In this document: positions 39,101-46,671 of the stretch, piece after piece | How positions within the stretch are numbered: the stretch's first letter is position 1 | Layout: every line of letters begins with the position of its first letter | Source: Candidatus Latescibacterota bacterium | Lineage (GTDB): Bacteria > Latescibacterota > UBA2968 > UBA8231 | Length of the DNA stretch: 64,000 nucleotides | Reading direction: 5' to 3' | NCBI GenBank assembly: GCA_965223905.1 | Contig: CBDCXV010000009.1 | Location: 672,001 to 736,000, forward strand | Notes under the pieces: generated by a model | Seen by the model: the letters and a program-made list of their open reading frames with translations, nothing else | The model's database searches: none | What the model was told of the DNA's origin: nothing | Position numbers and translations under genes: made by a program

Positions 39101-39399
39101 AGCGGGACCAGGCCCTGGTGGAGGCGGGACGCCAGCGCTTCCGGCCGATCCTGCTTACGTCGCTGACGACCTTCCTGGCGCTGCTGCCGATGATTCTCGA
39201 GAAGAGCGTGCAGGCGCAGTTCCTGATTCCGATGGCGGTCAGCCTCGCCTTCGGGATCCTGTTCGCCACCGGGATCATCCTCGTCGGCGTTCCCGCCTCG
39301 ATGAAGGTAGTGGCCGTGCTGCAGGAGCTCGCAGCCTCCTGGCGCGTTCCGGAAACCCCCCGGGCGGCACCGGTTCAGGCGGCCCGCAGCGCGCCTTGA
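36184..39399 (+). CDS. RND efflux permease (AcrB/AcrD/AcrF family)
   Basis: 1071 aa; GIVVDDAIVVGEN, GVVVNDS, RFRPILLTSLTT. Confidence 0.95.
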   Translation: MRAPVTWMARNHVAANLLMCFLLLSGFLGIAGMRKETFPEFSFDQIQIQVPYLGASPEEVEDGVCRRVEERLAGLSGIRRVQSTASEGMGIITAELEQGEDSSRILDDIKAAVDRIETFPVETEKPVVKESVRRNQVIDVVVYGDVPEKTLKVVAERVRDDLRATPGISQVELSGVRVDEISIEVPERTLREHRLTFSEISGAVRRASLDMPGGSVRSEDGEILVRTKGLKYRGSEYADIPVLSRADGTELRLGDIATIVDGFEDGDLISRFNGQPAAVVQVFRTGEQSALEISEFVKEYIAEQQGHLPAGVGIGYARDDARLLLSRLDLLLRNAQLGLVLVFICLSLFLDLRLAFWVMMGIPISLLGSFLLMQPFDLSINMLSLFAFIVSLGIVVDDAIVVGENIFAHRERGKDFVTAAVDGTLEVGKPVVFAIFTSVAAFAPLAFVAGMMGKFIGIIPIIVVSMLLVSLVEALMILPAHLSGNGDGPLQRVWTRLFRTPLGWHRALRRLVDRNLRRLIDGPYTRTVRAAVARPATAIAVGLALMLGTAGMVTGGHIKFTFMPQIDSDWLIVSLAMPQGTTAAQTEAVVSRIEKATLEVRDEYDEANPGELSVFKHVFTVVGDQPMGRRSQIAALGPGGGQGHLAEITIELLPSEQREVGSTEIAARLRERVGEIPGAESLRFTASIFSAGNPVEVQLSSEDFDQLLQAVERLKEEVASYPGTGDIEDSFQEGKQEMKLSLKPAARTLGITLADLARQVRQGFYGDQALRVQRGNDDVRVMIRYPAAERRTLNDIESMRIRTPAGAEVPFSEVAESSIGYGYAVIRRIEGERVVTVTADVEESIANAEEINRDLETRFLPDLLEDYPGLRYSYAGEQRERADSFSSLGRGFVVAMFAIYALLAVPFRSYIQPLVIMSAIPFGMMGAVWGHVLMGLDLGLLSVFGIVALSGVVVNDSLILLSFYNQLRDQGVERDQALVEAGRQRFRPILLTSLTTFLALLPMILEKSVQAQFLIPMAVSLAFGILFATGIILVGVPASMKVVAVLQELAASWRVPETPRAAPVQAARSAP

Positions 39400-39423
39400 C
39401 ACTCCAAGAGCCCCGGCTATCTT
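39396..39423 (+). promoter_or_regulatory. Sigma70-like promoter of the molybdenum hydroxylase cluster
   Basis: TTGACA-N16-TATCTT, about 85 bp upstream of the TTG start. Confidence 0.55.
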
Positions 39424-39506
39424 TGCCGGTCGCTTCAGACGAAAATCCACGAAAAAGGGACCGGCGGCGTCCCGGCGCCGGTTGTCTTCCATAAAGGAGC
39501 AGGGCT

Positions 39507-40415
39507 TTGAAGAACTTCGAATACACGGCTCCGCAAACCCTGAGAGAAGCAGTCCGACTGCTGGCGGAGAAAGGGTCGGACGCGCGCGTCCTGGCGGGGG
39601 GAACCGACCTGATCGTGCAGATGCGGATCAACCGGCATCGCCCCGACCGCGTCGTCGACGTCAAGAACATCCGCGAGGTCAACGAGCTGGCCGTCCGGCC
39701 GCGCAAGGGCCTGGTCATCGGCGCCGCGGTTCCCTGCCATCGCATCTACGACGACAGCGAGATCTGCGAGCGCTACCCGGGCCTCGTCGACGCCGCGGCG
39801 ATCATCGGGGGCATCCAGATCCAGGGCCGCGCCACCTTCGGGGGCAACCTCTGCAACTCCTCGCCGAGCGCCGACACCACTCCGATCCTGATCGCCCACG
39901 GAGCCACCGCGGAAATTACCGGCCCCGAGGGCAAGCGCCGCGTCGCGGTCGAGGATTTCTGCACCGGCCCGGGAACCAACGTCCTGGGGGACGGCGAACT
40001 GCTGGTCTCCCTGGTGGTGCCGCTCAACCGCAGGAACAGCGGCTCCCACTACCTGCGCTTCATCCCGCGAAACGAGATGGACATCGCCGTCGTCGGCGCC
40101 GGGGCCTGCGTCGAGCTGGGCAGGCGCGGCAAGGTTTTCAAGAGTGCACGCATTGCCCTCGGAGCGGTAGCACCTACCCCTCTTTACGCCCGGGAGGCGA
40201 GCGAGAGTCTCGCCGGGAAGCCGGTGAGCGAGGAGACGATCGCCGAGGCGGCCGAGGCGGCCCAGGGGATCGCCCGGCCGATTTCCGACATGCGCGGTCC
40301 TGCGGATTATCGCACCCACCTCGTCGGGGTCCTGGTCAAGCGGGCCCTCAACGGCGCCGTTGCCCGCGCCCGAGGCCAGTTCGTCGCCAACGCCGTCCAG
40401 GAAGCGGCGGGATAG
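39507..40415 (+). CDS. Xanthine dehydrogenase family FAD-binding (medium) subunit
   Basis: LAGGTDL, IGGIQIQGRATFGGNLCN, PISDMRG; AAGGAG RBS. Confidence 0.92.
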   Translation: MKNFEYTAPQTLREAVRLLAEKGSDARVLAGGTDLIVQMRINRHRPDRVVDVKNIREVNELAVRPRKGLVIGAAVPCHRIYDDSEICERYPGLVDAAAIIGGIQIQGRATFGGNLCNSSPSADTTPILIAHGATAEITGPEGKRRVAVEDFCTGPGTNVLGDGELLVSLVVPLNRRNSGSHYLRFIPRNEMDIAVVGAGACVELGRRGKVFKSARIALGAVAPTPLYAREASESLAGKPVSEETIAEAAEAAQGIARPISDMRGPADYRTHLVGVLVKRALNGAVARARGQFVANAVQEAAG

Positions 40416-40463
40416 GCTGCGAGAGGCCTATCCCGCAGGAGTTTCGCAAGGCGAAACTCCTGC
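40407..40463. other. Two abutting perfect hairpins in the M-S intergenic region
   Basis: gcgggataggc/gcctatcccgc (11 bp, 40407-40436) and gcaggagtttcgc/gcgaaactcctgc (13 bp, 40435-40463); no U tract. Confidence 0.75.
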
Positions 40464-40533
40464 TCTTAGGGATGTCAGCGGAAGACAGTGATTCGAGATC
40501 GGACCAATAGTTCAGAAAGGGTAAGTTGAGATC

Positions 40534-41013
40534 ATGAGCGACAAGATTCACCTCAGCTGTAAGTTGAACGGGGAGGCCACCGATTTTCTGTGCGAGGCGC
40601 GGCAGAGCCTGCTCGAGGTGCTGCGCGAGGAGCTGGGATTCACCGGCACAAAGGAGGGCTGCAACGACGGCAACTGCGGCGCCTGCAGCGTGCTGGTCGA
40701 CGGCGTGCTGGTCGACTCCTGCCTGGTGCTCGCCGTCGAGGCCGACGGCAAGGAGATCGCCACGGTCGAGGGCTTGGCGACGCCGGAGGGACTGCATCCC
40801 CTGCAGCAGAAGTTCCTCGAGCACGCCAGCCTGCAGTGCGGCATCTGCACCCCGGGTTTCCTCGTCGCCAGCAAGGCGCTGCTCGACAGGAATCCCGATC
40901 CCAGCGAACACGATGTCCGCCACTGGCTGGCAGGGAACCTCTGCCGCTGCACCGGGTACGACAAGATCGTGCGCGCCGTTCTCGACGCCGCCGAGGAAGT
41001 GCGCGGCGCCTGA
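40534..41013 (+). CDS. Xanthine dehydrogenase family 2x[2Fe-2S] (small) subunit
   Basis: GCNDGNCGAC..C, QCGIC, NLCRCTGY. Confidence 0.95.
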   Translation: MSDKIHLSCKLNGEATDFLCEARQSLLEVLREELGFTGTKEGCNDGNCGACSVLVDGVLVDSCLVLAVEADGKEIATVEGLATPEGLHPLQQKFLEHASLQCGICTPGFLVASKALLDRNPDPSEHDVRHWLAGNLCRCTGYDKIVRAVLDAAEEVRGA

Positions 41014-41065
41014 ACGGCGGCCAATCAGGAACCAACCTGCTTTTCAGAAACACGGAGGATGATAG

Positions 41066-43378
41066 ATGGCATCGTCCCACGGTGAGATTCGCGACTACGG
41101 CAACAAGGAGTACAAGGTCATCGGCACCCGGCCGATACGGCACGACGGCACCGACAAGGTGACGGGGCGCGCGGTGTACGGAGGGGACGTACAGCTCTCC
41201 GGCATGCTCTACGGGCAGGTGCTGCGCTCGCCACACGGGCACGCCCGCATCAAGTCGATCGACACCAGCAGGGCCGAGGCGCTGGAGGGGGTGCGCGCGG
41301 TGGTCACCGGACTGGGGGACCTGCCCCCGACCGAAGGGGACGAGATCGTCGACCTCGGCGAGGGGCCGGCCAAGCTGAAATACATGCGCGACAACGTCCT
41401 GGCAACCGACAAGGTGCTCTACCGCGGCCATGCGGTCGCCGGGGTCGCCGCGGTCAACCCGCACATCGCCGAGGAAGCGCTCGGCCTCATCGACGTCGAA
41501 TACGAGGTGCTGCCGTCGTACACCGAGGTCCTCGAGGCGATGAAGGAGGATTCCGTGCTCCTGCACGAGGACCTGACCACGCAGGAGTTCGGCGAGGACA
41601 CCGGCAGGAAGAGCAACATCGCCTCCCACAACCAGGACAAGCTCGGTGCCGTCGCCGAAGGTTTCGCCCGGGCGGACGTGGTGGCCGAGTACGAGGTCAA
41701 CACCGCCACCGTGCACCAGGGGTACATCGAACCGCACAACGGCACCGCTTCCTGGAGCCAGGACGGCAACCTGACGGTCTGGACCAGCACCCAGGGCTCC
41801 TTCACCGCACGCGGTCAGCTCGGGGCCGTGCTCGACGTCCCGGTGCAGAAGGTCAAGGTCGTGCCGCAGGAGATCGGCGGCGGTTTCGGCGGCAAGATTC
41901 CGGTCTATCTCGAGCCGGTGGCGGCGCTGCTTTCGCGCAAGACCGGACAGCCCGTCAAGATCATCATGACCCGGGCCGACTGCTTCGAAGGCACCGGTCC
42001 GACGCCGGGATCGTTCGTGCGCGTCAAGATGGGGGCCGACAGGAACGGCAGGCTGACCGCGGCCGAGGCCTGGATCGCCTTCGAGGCCGGGGGGTATCCC
42101 GGCTCGCCGGTGTTCGCCGCGGCGATGTGCGTCTTTTCATGCTACGCTATTCCCAACTGTCTCGTCGACAGTTTCGACGTGGTGACCAACAAGCCCCGCA
42201 GCTTCGCCTACCGCGCACCGGGATCGACCCACGTCGCCTTCGCCACCGAGAAGGTGATGGACGATCTCGCCGCCCAGCTCGGGAAGGATCCGGTGGAGTT
42301 CCGGTTGCAGAACGTCGCCGTCGAGGGGACGCGGCGCTCCGACGGCGTCGTCTACCCGCGCATAGGCGCCAGGGAGTGCCTGGAGGTGGTGCGCGACCAC
42401 GACCACTACAAGGCCGCGCTGGAAGGACCGAACCGGGGCCGCGGGGTGGCGCTGGGCTACTGGTTCAACATCGGCTTCAAGTCCGCGGTGACGGCTTCCG
42501 TGAACGACGACGGCACCGTAAACCTCGTCGAGGGCTCAACCGACATCGGCGGCACCCGCACCAGCATCGCCATGCAGTTCGCCGAGACCCTCGGGCTGGC
42601 AGCCGAAGAGATCAACCCGGCGGTGGTCGACACCAACTCGATCGGCTTCACCGACGTTACCGGGGGCAGCCGGGTTACCTACGCCACCGGCTGGGCCGCC
42701 CATGACGCCGCCATCGACGTCCGCAACCAGATGATCGAGCGGGCCGCGGCCCTGTGGGAGGTGGATGCGGCCGATGTCGAGTACGAGGACGGCTTCTACC
42801 GCACCAGGGACGGCGCCAGGAAGCTGACCTTCAAGGAGCTTGCCGGTAGACTGGGCGAAACCGGAGGCCCGGTGATCGGCAAGGCCTCGGTCGATCCGAA
42901 CGCCGGCGTCGGCGGCTCGTTTTCAGCCAACATCGTCGACGTCGAGGTCGACCCGGAGACCGGCAAGGTCACCATCCTTCGCTTCACGGCGATTCAGGAT
43001 GCCGGCAAGGCGATTCACCCCAGTTACGTCGAGGGCCAGATGCAGGGCGGGTCGGTTCAGGGTATCGGCTGGGCTCTCAACGAAGAGTACTTCTACGCCG
43101 ACGGGGTCATGGAGAATTCGACCTTCCTCGACTACCGCATTCCGACCACCCTCGACCTGCCGATGATCGACACCGTCATCGTCGAGGTTCCCAACCCCGG
43201 CCACCCGTTCGGGGTCCGCGGCGTCGGCGAGGCGAACATCGCTCCGCCGCCGGCCGCGATCGCGTCGGCGATCGCCGACGCCACCGGGGTGCGGCTCTGC
43301 GACCTCCCGATGCGTCCCGACCGCATCGCCGCGGCGATCGCGGAGAAACGGGAGGCGGATTCGCTGGCCGCCGGATAG
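41066..43378 (+). CDS. Xanthine dehydrogenase/aldehyde oxidoreductase family molybdopterin-binding (large) subunit
   Basis: LRSPHGHARI, GGGFGGK, AYRAPG, EGQMQGG, GVGEA. Confidence 0.93.
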   Translation: MASSHGEIRDYGNKEYKVIGTRPIRHDGTDKVTGRAVYGGDVQLSGMLYGQVLRSPHGHARIKSIDTSRAEALEGVRAVVTGLGDLPPTEGDEIVDLGEGPAKLKYMRDNVLATDKVLYRGHAVAGVAAVNPHIAEEALGLIDVEYEVLPSYTEVLEAMKEDSVLLHEDLTTQEFGEDTGRKSNIASHNQDKLGAVAEGFARADVVAEYEVNTATVHQGYIEPHNGTASWSQDGNLTVWTSTQGSFTARGQLGAVLDVPVQKVKVVPQEIGGGFGGKIPVYLEPVAALLSRKTGQPVKIIMTRADCFEGTGPTPGSFVRVKMGADRNGRLTAAEAWIAFEAGGYPGSPVFAAAMCVFSCYAIPNCLVDSFDVVTNKPRSFAYRAPGSTHVAFATEKVMDDLAAQLGKDPVEFRLQNVAVEGTRRSDGVVYPRIGARECLEVVRDHDHYKAALEGPNRGRGVALGYWFNIGFKSAVTASVNDDGTVNLVEGSTDIGGTRTSIAMQFAETLGLAAEEINPAVVDTNSIGFTDVTGGSRVTYATGWAAHDAAIDVRNQMIERAAALWEVDAADVEYEDGFYRTRDGARKLTFKELAGRLGETGGPVIGKASVDPNAGVGGSFSANIVDVEVDPETGKVTILRFTAIQDAGKAIHPSYVEGQMQGGSVQGIGWALNEEYFYADGVMENSTFLDYRIPTTLDLPMIDTVIVEVPNPGHPFGVRGVGEANIAPPPAAIASAIADATGVRLCDLPMRPDRIAAAIAEKREADSLAAG

Positions 43379-43413
43379 CCCCCCGGGGCGCCCGGCAGCG
43401 GCACCTCTCTCTC

Positions 43414-43689
43414 ATGCCGACCGTGTGGATCCCACCCCTCTGGAGAGACAAGCTCACCGGGGGGCAGGAGACGGTGGAAGTGTCCGGCGGCACCGTGCGT
43501 GAAATCGTCGCCGAGCTCGAGGCCCGGTTTCCCGGGATTCGCGAGCGCCTCGTCGACGAGGAGGAAGACCGGATTCGCCGCAATATCGCCGTCGCCGTCG
43601 ACGGGGAGGTGTCGCGGGAGGGAATGCGCAGGAAGGTGCCCGAGGGCGGCGAGGTGCACTTCCTGCCGGCGATGAGCGGCGGCAGGTAG
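43414..43689 (+). CDS. MoaD/ThiS family sulfur carrier
   Basis: Beta-grasp pattern (TVREIVAELEARFPG...VAVDG...FLPAMSGGR). Confidence 0.88.
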   Translation: MPTVWIPPLWRDKLTGGQETVEVSGGTVREIVAELEARFPGIRERLVDEEEDRIRRNIAVAVDGEVSREGMRRKVPEGGEVHFLPAMSGGR

Positions 43690-43873
43690 TTTCCCCGAAA
43701 AGGGGCGGTCTTGCCTTCCTCTCTTCTGGCAGCCTCCCGGCTGCTGCAGGCGGAGAGGCGCAGAAAGGTTGCCGACCCTCGCCGAAAACCTGCTGATTCG
43801 CGCCTCGGTCTGGACGCCGGCTCCCAGGCTCTTCCCTTCACCTGACTGCCAGGATCCCTTCCTCGGCAGCCGG

Positions 43874-45535
43874 TTACCCTGTGAGAGTGATGAAGAGAAG
43901 CACGACGGTGGTCACCTCGCCGATGACCGCCATGGTTTGCGTGAAGATCGTCCAGTAGTCGCGCACCGGTTTTTCCAAGATCCAGATGCGGTCTCCAGGC
44001 TCGACTCGCCGCACGTCCTTGGCCCACTTGGGCTGTCCGGTGCTCGCCTTGATGACGCGCACCTTTCCCGAGGCCCGCCATCCGTACCCGTCCGCGCTCT
44101 CGATGTAGTCCCACACCGAATAGTCGGGGTTGTAGACGACGGCACCGGGACTCGTCGCAGCCCCGCTGACTATCACCATCTGCTGCAGGCGCGGCACCGC
44201 GATGATGTCTCCGGGCAGCAGCTCGATGTCCTGGGATTCGTCCCCCGCCTCGAGAGCGACGAAATCGACGACCATCTCACCCGGCCTCTCGCGGCTTTTC
44301 ATGATGAAGTACTGATTCTCGTCTTCCGTCCTGTCGGCCGGGGGGATGAAACGGATGCGCTCGAACTCGGGATCCCCGGCGACCTCCTCCCGCAGCCTGA
44401 CCACTCGCGCTTCGGACAGGGAGGCCTCGCGCGTGAACCCGCCTGCGAGGGCGAGGGCCTCACTCAACGAGGTGCCGTCTTTGTCGACGACATGGGAACC
44501 GGGCAGCTCGACCTCCCCGACGATCTGGATTGTGCTGCGGTCGTGGTACCCGGTCAGCTTCCTCAGGACGATCCAGTCGCCGGCCTGCAGCGGCAGGTCG
44601 GCCTCTTCCCGTCCCTGGAGAATCGCCTCGACATCGATTCTGCGCGTGTACTGAGTCTTGCCGTCCTCGCGATACCGGAAAAGATAGGCGTTGGCCGGAT
44701 CGTAGTACGGGGCCGCACCGAGAGCGAGGGTAAGGAGGTCGCTGATGCGGTCCCCCTCGACGAATTCGAAGAATCCGGGTCGCTGAACCGACTCCCGGGC
44801 GGCGATGGTGCCGATCTGCCCCGGCACTATCACGATATCGCCGTCTTCGATGAACGGGTTGTACCGCGACAGCCCGGTCGCCTCGTACAGGCTCAGATCG
44901 GCGCGGTGCGATTCCAGCGCCTCGAGCGCCTTGGTGTCTCCGCGCTGAGCACGCGCGCTCAGCTCCGCAGCGGTGGCGGAATCGAGCGCGGCGGTCTTGA
45001 CCACGCGGATGTTGCGGCGCGAGGCGGATCCGGTCAATCCACCCGCCACGTTGATCAATTCGCTGACCCGCATTACTCCGCTGGCCTTGTGGAGCCCCGG
45101 CCCTGCGACCATGCCGACGACGGCAACCGGGAAGCGCCGGAGCTTGCTGAGCTCGACGTGGATCGTGCCTACCCGCACGGTGGCCTGGAAGGTGTCGACA
45201 ATCGCCCGGTGAACCTCCCGCAGCCGCCGTCCGCCAACGCGGATGGGGCCGATCTTCGGGAGGAACAGGCCCCCCTCGGAAAGCACCGGACTTATGAACG
45301 GTTCCTCCGTGCCGGTGACGTAGATCAAAAACTCGTCGCCCGGCCCCACGAGGTAGGTGCCGCTCTCCAGCACCTCGCGAAAGGCATCCATGCCTATCAG
45401 CGCCGCGGGATCCGCGGGCTGGGGCTGGCGCAACTCGATAATCATCCCCCCTTCCGACGACTCCTGCGCGCCGGCGGAGGGGAGCAGGCCGAGCAGGAAT
45501 GCCCCGGCGGCGAGCAGGGAAACGGTCCGCCTCAT
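43874..45535 (-). CDS. SLBB-domain polysaccharide export (Wza/KpsD-like) protein
   Basis: Signal peptide, YLVGPGD, repeated GxV..PG / AGG SLBB units, C-terminal hydrophobic helix; ATGA overlap with the upstream gene. Confidence 0.85.
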   Translation of the reverse strand: MRRTVSLLAAGAFLLGLLPSAGAQESSEGGMIIELRQPQPADPAALIGMDAFREVLESGTYLVGPGDEFLIYVTGTEEPFISPVLSEGGLFLPKIGPIRVGGRRLREVHRAIVDTFQATVRVGTIHVELSKLRRFPVAVVGMVAGPGLHKASGVMRVSELINVAGGLTGSASRRNIRVVKTAALDSATAAELSARAQRGDTKALEALESHRADLSLYEATGLSRYNPFIEDGDIVIVPGQIGTIAARESVQRPGFFEFVEGDRISDLLTLALGAAPYYDPANAYLFRYREDGKTQYTRRIDVEAILQGREEADLPLQAGDWIVLRKLTGYHDRSTIQIVGEVELPGSHVVDKDGTSLSEALALAGGFTREASLSEARVVRLREEVAGDPEFERIRFIPPADRTEDENQYFIMKSRERPGEMVVDFVALEAGDESQDIELLPGDIIAVPRLQQMVIVSGAATSPGAVVYNPDYSVWDYIESADGYGWRASGKVRVIKASTGQPKWAKDVRRVEPGDRIWILEKPVRDYWTIFTQTMAVIGEVTTVVLLFITLTG

Positions 45536-46671
45536 GGCTGTGTCTCCGGCCATGACCGCGAGTTTTCGTATGCGGTGACTTTCATGTTGCCGTCCTCTCC
45601 TTTTTCGGCGTAAAGGCGGAATCGATCGGCGGCGTAGCTGCCGAACACGCCGGTTCCACCATCGACGTGAAAGATCGGACCGGTGTCGCTGTCGGCGCCC
45701 GAAATTCCGTTCAGTACGGTCCGGAAGTAGTCGACGTAGTTCCTGTCCGCGGCATGCAGCGCGACCTCGTATTCCCCCTCGAAACGGACGCCGAACCACC
45801 AGAAGTCGCTGCGCGTCGAATCGGCGGGAATCCAGTAGTCGAAGACGCGGTTCTGGTAGAGCTCCCGGCGCTTACGGCGCCACTTCCGGCCCTCGCTCCA
45901 GTCCGCGCGGTCGATCTCGTCCCAGTCCTCCTGCTCCCGGTCCCGCAGCCAACGGATCCCGCTGCCGTCGCCGCGCACCATGGAGATGTTTCCCCCGAGG
46001 AAATCTCTCAGCCTGCGGATCTCGCTGTCCAGCGCCGCCAGCGAATCGGCATCGACCTGCCCGTCGAGGCGTTCGCGCAGGGCGACCAGCGAGTCGAGGT
46101 CCGCGGTCAGCGGCTCGGCGGTGACCGGCAGGGATCTCACCTCCAGCGCCTCGATGACGATGATGTACCCCGCGGCCGTCGGACTGGGTTCCCAGGAAAA
46201 CTCTCCGGGGTGGTTGAGGTCGCCGAAGCGGTCTCCGAACCCCTGCAGGTAGGTGATCGTATCCCCCAAAGACCCGGACAACCTCGCTTGCCACGGGACG
46301 GTCGTTTGCGCCCGCAGCAGGCGTTCCTCGTGCCGCACCTCCAGGCGATAGGTCTCTCCCTCGACGACCGGCAGCAATTCGGCGGCCACGGCGTAAGTGC
46401 CGGGTGAATCTGTCCTCTCCTCGAGAACGACCCTTCCCTCGTCGTTGCCGATGGCGACCTCGGCTCCGCTGACGATCTCCTCGCGGCCCTCCCAGAAGCG
46501 CTCGGGCGGCAGGGTCTGGCGCAGCAGGACCTCGACGTCGCTGCCCGGAGTCAGGAACGACTCGACGTACAACACCTGCTGCGGATCGTCGATGCCCCCG
46601 GGATTGCTGCAGCCGGCCGCGGCGGCAAGGCATGCGAGTGCGGTCAGGATCGGCAAGGTACGGCGTTTCAT
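45532..46671 (-). CDS. DUF4249-like lipoprotein partner of the TonB-dependent receptor
   Basis: Own ATG at 46671 overlaps the receptor TGA; lipobox AAGC; VESFL, GETYRLEV..AQTTVP, C-terminal GGTGVFGS. It is the 3' part of the 1139-aa track ORF. Confidence 0.78.
   Translation of the reverse strand: MKRRTLPILTALACLAAAAGCSNPGGIDDPQQVLYVESFLTPGSDVEVLLRQTLPPERFWEGREEIVSGAEVAIGNDEGRVVLEERTDSPGTYAVAAELLPVVEGETYRLEVRHEERLLRAQTTVPWQARLSGSLGDTITYLQGFGDRFGDLNHPGEFSWEPSPTAAGYIIVIEALEVRSLPVTAEPLTADLDSLVALRERLDGQVDADSLAALDSEIRRLRDFLGGNISMVRGDGSGIRWLRDREQEDWDEIDRADWSEGRKWRRKRRELYQNRVFDYWIPADSTRSDFWWFGVRFEGEYEVALHAADRNYVDYFRTVLNGISGADSDTGPIFHVDGGTGVFGSYAADRFRLYAEKGEDGNMKVTAYENSRSWPETQP

Noticed and set aside
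36088-39492. 1134-aa minus-strand ORF
   Set aside because: Antisense shadow of the RND permease
41066-43378. Aerobic CO dehydrogenase coxL call
   Set aside because: Active-site loop is AYRAPG, lacking the Cu-binding AYxCSFR
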